A stretch of DNA of 64,000 bases. It comes from Malacoraja senta. Taxonomy: Eukaryota. The DNA is taken from the NCBI GenBank assembly GCA_038087875.1, contig CM075992.1, positions 2,296,001 to 2,360,000 on the forward strand, in the 5' to 3' direction. Made by a program: the position numbers and the translations under genes. The notes under the pieces were generated by a model, which did no database searches, was not told the origin of the DNA, and saw nothing but the letters and a program-made list of their open reading frames with translations. Shown one piece after another: positions 25,397 to 36,527 of this stretch (positions are counted from its first letter, which is position 1; every line of letters starts with the position of its first letter).

Positions 25397-25495
25397 CAGG
25401 AGTCGACAACCTACGGCCCACGGGCCGGATCCGGCCCTTAACCCGTAATCATCCGGCCTGCAGGCATATTTTTTTTCAATTAGTTTACGCGACCT
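25397..25495. mobile_element. hAT (Charlie-like) DNA transposon terminal fragment
   Basis: caggagtcgacaacctacggcccacgggccggatccggccc resembles hAT-Charlie ends; preceded by gtctagga; other end not seen. Confidence 0.6.
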
Positions 25496-26280
25496 GGGAA
25501 CTCCTAGACTCTCCACTAGTGGAAACATCCTCTCCACATCCACTCCATTCAGGCCTTTCACTCTTCTGTGAGGATCCCCCCCTCATTCTTCTAAACTCCA
25601 ACGAGTACAGGCCCAGTGCCGACAAACGCTCATCATAGGTTAACCTACTCATTCCTGGGATCATTCATGTAAAAGTCTCTTTTAGGTGTTCCTTACGAGC
25701 TTCACATGCTCCCCCCCACCCCCCCCCCCCCCCCCATCCATAGAAAACCATAGAAACATAGAGATTAGGTGCAGGAGTAGGCCATTCGGCCCTTTGAGCC
25801 AGCACCGCCATTCAATATGATCATGGCTGATCACCCTGTTCCTGCTTTCTCCCCATATCCCTTGATTCCATTAGCCCTTAGAGCTTAATCTAACTTTCTC
25901 TTCAATACATCCATGTTGCTGTTGATCCTGTACACTCCTCCCCTTCTGGGAAAGAGGCCCCTGGTTATGCCGGTGATATATTGGTGGGGATCTCCAGATG
26001 CTCAGTGACTCAGTGGATGTGAGAGAGGACAGGGGCGGGAATTGGACAGAATCTGCCCACAAATAAACAGCAGTTTCAGTAAATCTCCAGCGCAGAAATA
26101 AACAAACATCCAATGCACGCTGTGCTTTTTCCGTCCAAAATTACATCACTAGATTTAAAAGGGAACTCATCACCGAGCGGCTTGTGTGTGTTTCAGCGTC
26201 AAAGGACCGTAATCTGGAATAAATGCTCAAAATCTCCGTTAACAGGGAGCTGGGAGATACAAAAAGCTGGAGTAGCTCAG

Positions 26281-26322
26281 CGTCGAAACAGGGCGGACCA
26301 GGTGAAGGTTGCAATCTCCCAC
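26281..26322 (-). ncRNA. Fragment of the HDV-like retroposon head, copy D
   Basis: Minus strand gtgggagattgcaaccttcacctggtccgccctgtttcgacg; truncated. Confidence 0.65.
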
Positions 26323-26904
26323 AGCGGCAGAATCGCTGATCACCACACATCCCCTCCGCCCCCAACAAGCTCAATGCATTGCGTGTGTAGGAAGGAACTG
26401 CAGATGCCGGTTTAAACCGAAGATAGACACAAAAAGCTGGAGTAACTCAGCGGGACAGGCAGCATCCTCTGGAGAGAGGGAATGGGGACGTTTCTGGTCT
26501 CGACCCTTCTTCAGTCGGGTCTCGACCCGAAACCTCACCCATTCCTTCTCTCCAGAGATCCCGCTGAGTTACCCAGCATTTTGTGTCTACCTTCGGTTTT
26601 AATCCAGCATCTGCAGTTCTTTCTTACACTTAATGAGAAGAGGAACGAGAACCCAGTTTACAAGGCAGCTGTGCTTTTCCCAGACCCTGGCCTCATTTGA
26701 GCAACTGGATCATTCCTCCAGGGAGCCCGTCTTGCTGTGATTGATGTGGAGTCCAATTTCATGCATTCCTGTTGATGGGCCCGAAATGGCAATGCTGGGC
26801 CTCTCCTTCCATACCACAATTCCCCATCTCACAGTCACAGCGGAGAACTGCTTCCCTCACTCCCTACAGCTGCACACTGCTTCCAGAGAAGGTTTTAGTT
26901 TACT

Positions 26905-27215
26905 TTAGCTTAGTTTAGAGATACAGCCCGCAAATAGGCCCTTCAGCCCACCGAGTCCGCGCCGACCGGCGATCCCCGCACACTAACACCACCCTAACAC
27001 GCACTAGAGACAAATTTACAAATATACCAAGCCAATCAGCCTACAACCCTGTAGGTCTCTGGAATGGAATGTGGGAGGAAAGCGGAGATGCCGGAGAAAA
27101 CCCACGCAGGTCACGGGGAGAACGGACAAACTCCGTACAGACAGCACCCGTGCTCAGGATCGAATGTGGGTCTCTGGCGCTGTAAGGCAGCAACTCTTCC
27201 TCCGCGCCATTGTGC
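26905..27215 (-). mobile_element. V-SINE
   Basis: Reverse-complement consensus. Confidence 0.85.
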
Positions 27216-27271
27216 CCCCCCCCCCCCCCCCATGTCTGCCAGTGGAACAGAAAACCAGATCCCATATTTTA

Positions 27272-27797
27272 TCGAAGATAGACACAAAATGCTGGAGTAA
27301 CTCAGCGGGACAGGCAGCATCTCTGGAGAGAAAGAATGGGTGACATTTCGGGTCGAGACCCTTCTTCAGACTGAGAGTCAGGGGAGAGAGAAATTAAAGA
27401 TCGGGAGGAGGACTTCACCTCTTACATTCTCTTTGTACCTTTCCACTTTTCTCTAGCTTCTCTCTCCCCTGCCTCTCAGTCTGAAGAAGGGTCTCGACCT
27501 GAAACGTCACCTATTACTTCTCTCCAGAGATGCTGCCTGTCCCACTGAGTTACTCCAGCATTTTGTGTCTATCTTCAGTAAACCAGCATCTGCAGTTCCA
27601 TCCTACTATATTTTATGATTGTATACAAAAATGCTGGAGAAACTCAGCGGGTGAGGCAGCATCTATGGAGCAAAGGAAATAGGCAACGTTTCGGGTCAAC
27701 CCGATTTCCTTCGCTCCATAGATGCTGCCTCACCCGCTGAGTTTCTCCAGCATTTTTGTCTTCCTTCAATTTTCCACCATCTGCAGTTCCTTCTTAA
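27272..27797. mobile_element. Two adjacent palindromic Penelope mini-elements of different subtypes
   Basis: 27272-27607 (CUCG subtype, core at 27481-27508) and ~27621-27797 (second subtype), each with inverted arms. Confidence 0.85.
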
Positions 27798-27869
27798 ATA
27801 TTTTATGATTGGTTTGACAAGCATAGTATGACATTTTGAATGTACGGCAAACCCAGAATGATGGCCATA

Positions 27870-28180
27870 TTTAGAGTTTCAGAGATACAGTGTGCAAACA
27901 GGCCCTTCAGCCCACCAGGTCCACGCCAACCTTCGATATCCCGTTCACACTAGTTCAATGTTATTCCCATTTTGTCTCATCCACTCCCTTCACACCCAGA
28001 GCTATTTACAAAGGGCCAAGAAACCTCCAAACCCGCACTTTGACACTCTTTGGGGTTTGGGTGGAAACTGGAGGAAACCCACTCGGACGCAGGGAGAACG
28101 TGCAGAATCCACACAGACAGCACCCGTGGTCAGGATCGAACCGGGATCTCTGGCGCTGTGAGGCAGCAGCTCTACCAGCT
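27870..28180 (-). mobile_element. V-SINE
   Basis: Reverse-complement consensus. Confidence 0.8.
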
Positions 28181-29053
28181 TTGTGGGTGTGGGACTATGT
28201 CCACAGGGCTGGACTAATGTGAATGATATGACCATTATTGTGAATAACAAGAGAAACCAATGTTCGTTCTTTCCCTGCCAATTATTCTGCCGCACAGGAA
28301 GGATTTTGTGTCGTGTGGGAAGGAACTGCAGATGCTGGTTTACACTGGAGATGGGCACAAAATGCTGGAGTAACTCAGTGGGGCAGGCAGCTTGTGTACG
28401 GATGCATTTCAGTGATTGCTGGCAGCAGCTATCTGGAACAGCTTGAAGCTGCCTCAAGTATAGGAATGGATCAGGAAGTGATGTTGTGAGACACTTTGTC
28501 GAGCTTGCTGTTTGAGAGCGTGCAACTTTTAAGCAATGAGGAAGTTGTTGCACAGAATGAACTAATGGAGATGCAAAGGCACTTTCATCTTGAGGGTAAA
28601 TCCATCATCCGCCTTGGTCCCAGCCGGAAGCAGTGCTCAAAATGATCATGGCTTCGAAGTGAAGCCCTCATCCCAGTTGTTAAATCTCTGAACTGAGTGG
28701 GGAGGGTTGGTTCTGAAGAAGGTCTTGGTGCTTTACACAACAGAGGCGTGCAGCATGTCCCCCTGCCCCCATTACTTGAACCAGTGACAAGTTTGTCCTT
28801 TGTGTGGAAATGTTAAAGACTACAGGGCATAGCTTTAAAAGCTTTATAGGTTTCAAAGGTCTTTCATTGTCACGTGTACTAATTAAGGCACAGTGATCTG
28901 CGAATTACCATACAGCCATATTAAAAAAAAGCAACAAGACACACACTACATAAAAGTTAACATAAACATCCACCACAGTGGATTCCCCACATTCCTCACT
29001 GTGATGGAAGACAAAAAAGCCCAATCTTCTTCACTCATTTTTGATGTTGCTTT

Positions 29054-29435
29054 GTAAGTAAGTAAGTAAGTAAGTTTATTGGCCAAGTATTCACATACAA
29101 GGAATTTGCCTTGGTGCTCCGCCCACAAGTAACAAGATGACATACAGTGACAGTTACAAATGACTCAGAAAACACGAAACATTAATAATAATAAGACATT
29201 AATGATAAAACACCATTGATCAAGCATGTGAACCAACAAAATACCAGATCAAAGGGAGGCTACAGATTTTTGGCTGTTGAGTAGAGCAACTACTCGTGGA
29301 TAAAAACTGTTTTTATGTCTGGCTGTGGCAGCTTTGACAGTCCGGAGTTGCCTTCCAGAGGGAAGTGATTCAAAGAGTTGGTGGCCAGGGTGAGAGGGGT
29401 CAGAGATGATCTTGCCAGCTCGCTTCCTGGCCCTC
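29054..29435 (-). mobile_element. Rex1/Babar-like LINE 3' end
   Basis: RAGKIISDPSHPGHQLFESLPSGRQLR..HKNSFYP; (taag)n tail; related copy at ~35095-35330. Confidence 0.8.
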
Positions 29436-29509
29436 ATCTTTGGTGTGACACCAAGGATGAGGCAAAGACAAGGCCACCTGAGGACCAAATCTCCAGGTGG
29501 CCTTCCCCA

Positions 29510-29730
29510 GGTCACCGACAGAGATGTAATGCTGAGGCTCTATAGGAAGTTGAAGTATTTGAAGTATTGTGAGCAAATTTGGGCCCTATATCTGAGGAAG
29601 GATGTGCTGGCTCTGGAGAGGGTCCAGAGGAGGTTTACAAGAATGATCCCAAGAATGAGTGAGTTAGCATATGATGAGCGTTTGACAGCACTGGGCCTGT
29701 ACTCGCTGGAGTTTAGAAGGTTGAGGGAGT
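29510..29730 (+). mobile_element. CR1 RT fragment
   Basis: YCEQIWALYLRKDVLALERVQRRFTRMIP. Confidence 0.85.
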
Positions 29731-29796
29731 ACAAATCCAGAATCAACCAATTTACCCCCTGGGTAGGCGAAATTTACCCCAGGTTGGGAACCCTTG

Positions 29797-30147
29797 GTTT
29801 AGAGATACAGAGGGGAAACAGGCCCTTCGGCCCACCGAGTCTGCACCGACGAGCGATCCCCGCACATTAACGCTAGCCTACACCACGGACAATTTTTACA
29901 CTTACACCAAGCCAATTCACCCACAAACCTGTACGTCTTTGGAGTGTGGGAGGAAACCGGAGTTCTCGGAGAAAACCCTCACGGTCTCGGGGAGGGGGTG
30001 GAAGATTGCAACCTGCACGTGGTCCGCCCTGTTTCGACTAATGCAATCAACTCGACGTGCACAAACGGAAGATCAAATAGAACATGTTGTCCTACAACTT
30101 TAGGCTGTGCACGCCACACGCAAGAAGAAGAAGTCTCGGGGAGAACG
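29797..30147 (-). mobile_element. V-SINE fragment hosting HDV-like retroposon copy B
   Basis: SINE interrupted at a duplicated gtctcggggag. Confidence 0.8.
29995..30132 (+). ncRNA. HDV-like-ribozyme-headed short retroposon, copy B (138 nt; ribozyme 29995-30048)
   Basis: P1 GGGGUGG/CCGCCCU with G1-U wobble; P2 GAUUGCA/UGCAAUC; P3 ACC/GGU; J4/2 CUAA; 11-bp TSD gtctcggggag at 29984-29994 and 30133-30143; (aag)n tail. Confidence 0.8.
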
Positions 30148-30534
30148 AGTTCCGAGCAGCTCATAGCAGCTGAACCCTGTTTTACCTGGGGAGGGGCAGT
30201 GGCGTTTTACACAATGATTGTCAGAGGCGAAACAGAAAGTGACAACGAGTTTAACGTGACAATTCATTTGTAGATTTAATCAGTTCCAAGAAATCAAAAA
30301 TACTGCAGTTGCTGGAAAGGTGACAATTGAAACAGAAAATGTGAGACATACTCTGCTGGTCAGGCATTGTCTGTGGAGAATGAAGCAGAATTTATGTGAA
30401 GTTCAGTGGAAAGGACATCGTCTTTGAAGATTCATTCTGTGTGGTGCCTTGTGACATATGCTACCTGATCTGCTGAGTGTTATCACTACTAATTACTTTC
30501 ATTTCAATTCAAAGAAAAAAACGGGTAGTCTCTA

Positions 30535-30665
30535 AAATTAAAGGTGCTACATCCAAGTATGGGAAGAATTCATTATAAGATAGATGAACTGAAAGCACAA
30601 ATGATGTGGCTATTGCAGGACGGTGGTTTTGTGGTGACCCCATGTTGTGAATTAAATATTCCAGA
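30535..30665 (+). mobile_element. Ancient CR1 endonuclease N-terminal remnant
   Basis: Translates as KLKVLH..RIHYKIDELKAQ..ELNIP, resembling the CR1 APE start. Confidence 0.55.
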
Positions 30666-30692
30666 CCCAGTGAACATTTACAATGCACAGAT

Positions 30693-30953
30693 GGGTCTGT
30701 CCCACTTGGGGATTTTTTTCGGCGACTGCCGGCATTAAATATCAGGGTCGCCAAACGATTTTGAACATTTTCAAAACCCAGCGGCGACAAAAAAAATGTT
30801 GCGACACACTTGAAAAAGCACCGCGCCTCAATACGTCATCACGTTGCGTCACTGCCACGCCACGCCGAATCACGCCGTGAATTTTTTGGTGACCTGATAC
30901 GTGAGTCAATGATGCCGGCAGTCGCCGAAAAAATCGGCAAGTGGCAAAGGCCC
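30693..30953. mobile_element. MITE with ~42-bp imperfect TIRs (PIF/Harbinger-like)
   Basis: Left gggtctgtcccacttggggatttttttcggcgactgccggcat versus right-end reverse complement gggcctttgccacttgccgattttttcggcgactgccggcat; tta on the right flank. Confidence 0.8.
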
Positions 30954-31832
30954 TTAAATGAAAAAGAGGGACAGGATTTTGTGTAACATATTAACAGGGA
31001 TAGATAAAGGCTAGTGATTAAGGCAAAACAAATGTCTTCAACATTTAAACAACATTTAAAAGACATTTGGACAGGTACATGGATAGGACATGTTTAGAGG
31101 GATATGGGGCAAGTGCAGGCAGGTGGGACTAGAGTAGATGGAGCATGTGGTTGGCATGGGCAAGTTGGGCCAAATGGCCTGTTTCCGTGCTGTATGACTA
31201 TGGTGTCAGGGGTTATGGGGAGAAGGCAGGAGAATGGGATTAGGAGGGAGAGATAGATCAGCTGTGATTGAATGGCGGAGTAGATGGGCCGAATGACCTA
31301 ATTCTGCTCCTTTCACTTATGAACTTATGAACTAATGACTCTTTGGCAGTTTGTTGCTCAGGATAATTTCCGTGTTATTCAGTGTTTATCTTTATGATTT
31401 TGATTACAAGCATGTGGTCTGGAAATTTCTCCCATTCGTGCTTGCTTTTGACGGAGAAATCACGCATCAAAACCTTTAACTTTAAAACTTAAGACTTTGA
31501 GATGGGCGCATGGACATGCAGAGAATGGAGGGATATGGGCTGTATGCAGGTAGATAAGTGATGGTCATGGCATCATGTGGCACAGACATTGTGGGCTGAA
31601 GGGCCTCTTCTGTGCTGTTCTCTTCTACATTCTATCTTCAGTTTTTGGTTTTCACTATCATGAGCTGGCCTGCTGAGACTATCACGAGCTTGCCTGCTGA
31701 GACTAACCCTTAGACAAAGACGGGCCACTGTGTCACTGCAGCCATTCACCAGTTGGCCCTCACTGCCTATTGCTCAACAAAAGAGGTGAAGTTGAAGAGT
31801 GTGTGTTGAAGGGGGCTGGACATAGCTTCAGC

Positions 31833-32356
31833 TTGGGCAGCGGTATGAATGTTGACTTCTCTAATTTCAAGTAACCCTTGCTTTCCCTCTCTCTCCATCC
31901 CTTCCCCATCCTAGTTCCCCGACCAGTCTGACTGTTCGCCTGATTACATTTTATCTCTGTATGCTTCATTGTCACCTCCCCCCAGCTAACAATTCTATAT
32001 TCTCCTTGAACAGCATCCCCTTTGATATCTCATTTTCACACCTTGTACTTCCTTATCCCAGTGTCTACCTCTACCCTGACTCTCAGACTGAAGAAGGGTC
32101 TCGACCCGAAACGTCACCCATTCCTTCTTTCCAGAGACGCTGCCTGTCCCGCTGAGTTACTCCAGCATTTTGTGTCTATCTTCGGTGTAAACCAGCATCT
32201 GCAGTTCTTTCCCAGACAGCCTCCAGCATAGTTCACCACGGTCAGTTAATATCCCGGTTAGTCTGAAGAAGGGTCTCGACCCGAAACGTCACCCATTCCT
32301 TCTCTCCAGAGACGCTGCCTGTCCCGCTGAGTTACTCCAGCATTTTGTGTCTGCCT
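31833..32356 (+). mobile_element. Penelope 3' end followed by a second mini-element; hammerhead cores at 32088 and 32263
   Basis: cagcggtatgaatgttgacttctctaatttcaagtaa (end of PLE ORF), then two copies of ctgaagaagggtctcgacccgaaacgtc. Confidence 0.9.
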
Positions 32357-32940
32357 TTAATATCCTGGTCAGTTTTGTTAAAAATCTCTAACTTTGTTTT
32401 TGCTCGTCTGTTGTCGATGAATTGCCACAGGACTGAGAAATGAAGCACAAAGGCATGGCACCTCGCCAAGTTAAACTTCCAGACCCGAGGACAGGAAACA
32501 TATTTTTTCCCAAATTTATTTTTTTTGGTCTAAAACACTTGCAGCTGTTTTGTATTTGACCACGTTTCGAGTGACTGGCCAACTCTGATTGCAGGAACTG
32601 GACAAGCAACATGGCGGGGGGGAGGGGGGGGAAACATTGATGTGTTTGTTTGAGGCCGGGTCTGAGGGGGACGCACCATCCTTTGTCTCTCCCTAACCTG
32701 TGAGGGCAGGAGGGTGAGGGGAGGTCAGAGGTCCCCTGCTCATGGATGAAGGGAAGGACATTACACGCAGCGTAGATATCGCGTAAATAAGGAACACGAT
32801 TGACAAATCTTCTTCAGCTGAATGCAGGATGGGTGTGGGACAGTTTGGGTTTTTATAACTTGGCAAAAAAACTTTCTGGAAATTGTTTTCCTTTTAAGCC
32901 AAGAGACCAGGTTAAAATTCCTGGCCTTCAGTAAGCTCAG

Positions 32941-33211
32941 TAAGTGGTAGAGTTGCAGCCTCACAGCGCCAGAGACCCGGGTTCGAATCTGACTACGGGT
33001 GCTGTCTGTACGGAGTTTGTACCTTCTCCCTGCGACCCGCCTGGGTTTTCTCCGGGCGCTCCGGTTTCCTCCCACACTCCACAGACAAACGGGTTTGTAG
33101 GTTAATTGGCTTCCGTAAAATTGTAAATTTTGTAAATCCCGTAGTCAGGATCGAACCTGGGTCTCCGGCGCTGTGAGGCAACAACTCTACCGCTGTGCCA
33201 CTGTGCTGCCC
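32941..33211. mobile_element. V-SINE 5' part joined to an inverted V-SINE head
   Basis: Plus 32941-33125, minus ~33135-33211. Confidence 0.8.
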
Positions 33212-33984
33212 CATTGGCGTTAACACACGATGATATCACACTGACGTGATCATGCCCTGTTCACTCTATGCTCAACACTGAGATAGATGTACCTTCTCTG
33301 ATGGGAGGTGGTCACCTCCCAGCCAATATGACCCCCACCCCCTCCTCCATTCCACCCCCTCCCTCCTGCTGCAGTTAATGTTCTGCTGGTGGACTTCAGG
33401 CAGGACACGTAGGCGTTATGAGGACCATTATTGGATCAGAAATTGGATCAGAGTTATTCTTAGAAGTGGTTTGTGATTCACTGCAAGTGCTCGAGGACCA
33501 TGTCAGAGATTGACGAAAGGTGCTTTGTGGCTTTGTTGGCAGACGCTTTCAGCAATCTGAAATGCAAGGAACTTTGGCTACAGTGTTGGAACTGAACCGG
33601 GGAGCAAATCATTTCTGGCCGCCATTTCACGACGACCTCCAGTTACTTTCAGAAGAAGTGAGGGAGCTGTGCGATGGAGTGTAACCTGCTTTCTGCGATG
33701 ACACTGGAGATGTGGAATGACTTTACAAACAGACTTCCACAGGGTGGATTGCGTTGAGTGTTGTGTCGGGTTACACCGCATCCAGACCCCACTGTAGGGT
33801 CAGTGAGCCGACAGAACGGACTGTTCGTGAAGAGCAGTTGAAAACAGCCATCAGACGCTGAATTGTACTTCTTGCTGTCTGTGCCCAGTGTGTTGAGTCA
33901 CTCCACCAAGAGATACATTAAATTGCTTCCTTCCCCCTCACAGCCAAGACCTACTGGAGCCAGCTGCCTTCACACTTTTTTTTA

Positions 33985-34590
33985 GAAGAACGAGGGGGAG
34001 GACCTCATTGAAGTGCACCAAATAGTGAAAGGTTTGGATAGAGTGGATGTGGAGAGGATGTTTCCAACTTGTGGGAGAGTCCAGGACTAGATATCATACT
34101 CAGAATTAAAGGATGCTCCTTTAGGAAGGAGATGAGGAGGAATTTCTTTAGTCAGAGTCACAAGTCACATTTATTTATATAGCACATTTAAAAAAACATC
34201 TCTCGTTGGCCAAAGTGCTTTACATTTGTTATAAGAATAATATAAACAAACAAACTACATACATATATACATATAGCCCTCGCTCAGAGGACGTCAAGAA
34301 AGGCTTGGGAGTATAGATACGTTTTTAGTCTCGACTTAAAGGAGTCGATGGAGGGGGCAGTTCTGATGGGAAGGGGGATGCTGTTCCAGGGTGGTGAATA
34401 TGAAATTCTTTGCCACAGAAGGTTGTGGAGGCCAAGTCAATGGATATTTTTAAGGCAGAGATAGATAGATTCTTCATTAGTGCGGGTGTCAGGTTATGCG
34501 GAGAAGGCAGGAGAATGGGGTTAGGAGGGAGAGATAGATTAGCCATGATTGAATGGCGGAGTAGACTCGATGGGCCGAATGGCTTAATTC
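33985..34590 (+). mobile_element. CR1 3' fragment interrupted by an L2 tail (34157-34388, minus strand)
   Basis: CR1 tttagtcagag|ggtggtgaat is split by the reverse-complement L2 3' end. Confidence 0.85.
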
Positions 34591-35379
34591 ACATCTAGGT
34601 TTATGTGATAATTAAACACTCATGACTATTAACAGACCACGCCAGATAGTTTACTACCCAGCACAGTGATAGTGTTGGAACAGCGAACAGCCCTCTGTAA
34701 CAATGCGCAAGGTGACTTGGTTGTACTAACCCTCCTGCCTTACAAAGTTTCCACAGTAAAGCTGATGCACAAAAACCTCTATGAGTTACGGCATGAGCAT
34801 TTCAGAACAATCAGCTTTACTCTCCGCTTTTTCTGGGTCACAGGATGTCAAGAGAATCGTGTCGCTGCAACAGGTGCTGGGGCCTCACTGAGGTGAAGAG
34901 TTCAAAAGTAAAGTTACCGCATTTGCCGATGACACGTAGACAGGTAGGGAAAAAGAAGGGACTGAAGAAGGGTCTCGACCCAAATTGTCACCCATCCATC
35001 CTACCCAGAGATGCCTGTCCGCTGAATTACTCCAACTGTTTGTGTCTATTTTAGGAATAAGACATGAGGTTAGAATGGGATATAGATAGAATGAATGAAT
35101 AAGTTTAGTGGCCAAGTATTTACACATACAAGGAATTTGCCTTGGTGCTCCGCTCGCAAGTAACAACACGACATACAGTAACAATTAAGAATGACACATA
35201 AAACATTAAACATTGATAATAAAACATTACAGTTTAAACATGTGAATGAAATAAAATACCAGAGCGAAAGGAGGCTACAGACGTTTGGTTATTGAGTAGA
35301 GCTACCGATCGTGGGAAAAAAGCTGTTTTTTGTTTTTAGGTTGAGTGGACAGAGTGGTGAGTGGACAGAGTGGACAACG

Positions 35380-35960
35380 TGGTGAAGTGGGTCCATTTTG
35401 GCAGGAAATATAAAAATAAGGCATATCATCTAAATAGTGAGAGGAGACAGAAGTGTGAGATGCAAAGGCATTTGAGTTTCCCAGGGTATCATCACAGAAG
35501 ACGAGTATGCAGGTAAGGCACTGTTTTGGAAATCAAACAAAATGCTATTTATTGCAAGAGGAACTGAGTACAGAAGTGGGGAAGTTATGCTTCAGTTATA
35601 TAGACCATTGGTGAGATCATATTTGAACTATTGCAATGGCATAGGTCTTTTTATTTGAGGAAGGATGTCAAATATATTGGGTCCAGTTCAAAGAATGTTT
35701 CCTTGCCTAATTCCTGTTATGGGTGGGCTAGGTTATGAGGAAAGGTGAGATAGGGTAGGCTTTGTCTCCAGTTGGGTTTAGAACAAGGAGAGAGGAATTG
35801 ATTGAAAACCTGTAGGATCTTGGGAAGGGGTGGATGTGGAGCAGATGTCTCCTCTTGTGGGAGAATCTGGAACTGTTTTATAAATTCAAGGTTCCCCGCT
35901 TGCTTCGTTTCCTCTCAGAGGGTCGTGTGTCCTTGAAGCTGTCTTGCCCAGAGGGCAGCA
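35380..35960 (+). mobile_element. Old degenerate CR1 RT fragment
   Basis: gtccattttggcagg..cttcagttatatagaccattggtgaga is homologous to the 63460-63860 region. Confidence 0.7.
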
Positions 35961-36120
35961 TGTTCATAAATTGTAGCGGCGGAATTAGGCCAGAATTAGT
36001 CCATCTACTCTGCCCTGGCTGGTCTATCTTTCCCACTCAACCCCATTCTCCTGCCTTAGTTTAGTTTAGTTTAGAGATTTAGTTTACCCCAGTGTGAGTC
36101 AATGTTTGTAAAACTCACTT

Positions 36121-36527
36121 CAATAGACAATAGACAATAGGTACAGGAGTAGGCCATTCGGCCCTTCGAGCCAGCACTGCCATTCAATGTGATCATGGCT
36201 GATCATCCCCAATCAGTACCCCGTTCCTGCCTTCACCCCATATCCCCTGACTCTGCTATTTTTAAGAGCCCTATCTAGCTCTCTCTTGAAAGCATCCAGA
36301 GAACCTGCCTCCACCGCCCTCTGAGGCAGAGAATTCCACAGACTCACCACTCCTCTCTGTGAGAAAAAGTGTTTCCTCGTCTCCGTTCTAAATGGCTTAC
36401 TCCTTGTTCTTAAACTGTGGCCCCTGGTTCTGGACTCCCCCAAAATCGGGAACATGTTTCCTGCCTCTAGGGTGTCCAAGCCCTTAACAATCTGATATGT
36501 TTCAATGAGATGCCCTCTCATCCTTCT
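36121..36527 (-). mobile_element. CR1-type LINE 3' fragment
   Basis: ORF 36213-36536 LIETYQIVKGLDTLEAGNMFP. Confidence 0.9.

Noticed and set aside
28440..28580. Possible ancient Tigger-like transposase remnant
   Set aside because: Similarity is only impressionistic, with stops in all plus frames checked
32022..32231. Recurring peptide LKKGLDPKRHPFLLSRDAACPAELLQHF in many ORFs
   Set aside because: Translation of the non-coding Penelope pLTR/hammerhead motif, not a protein family
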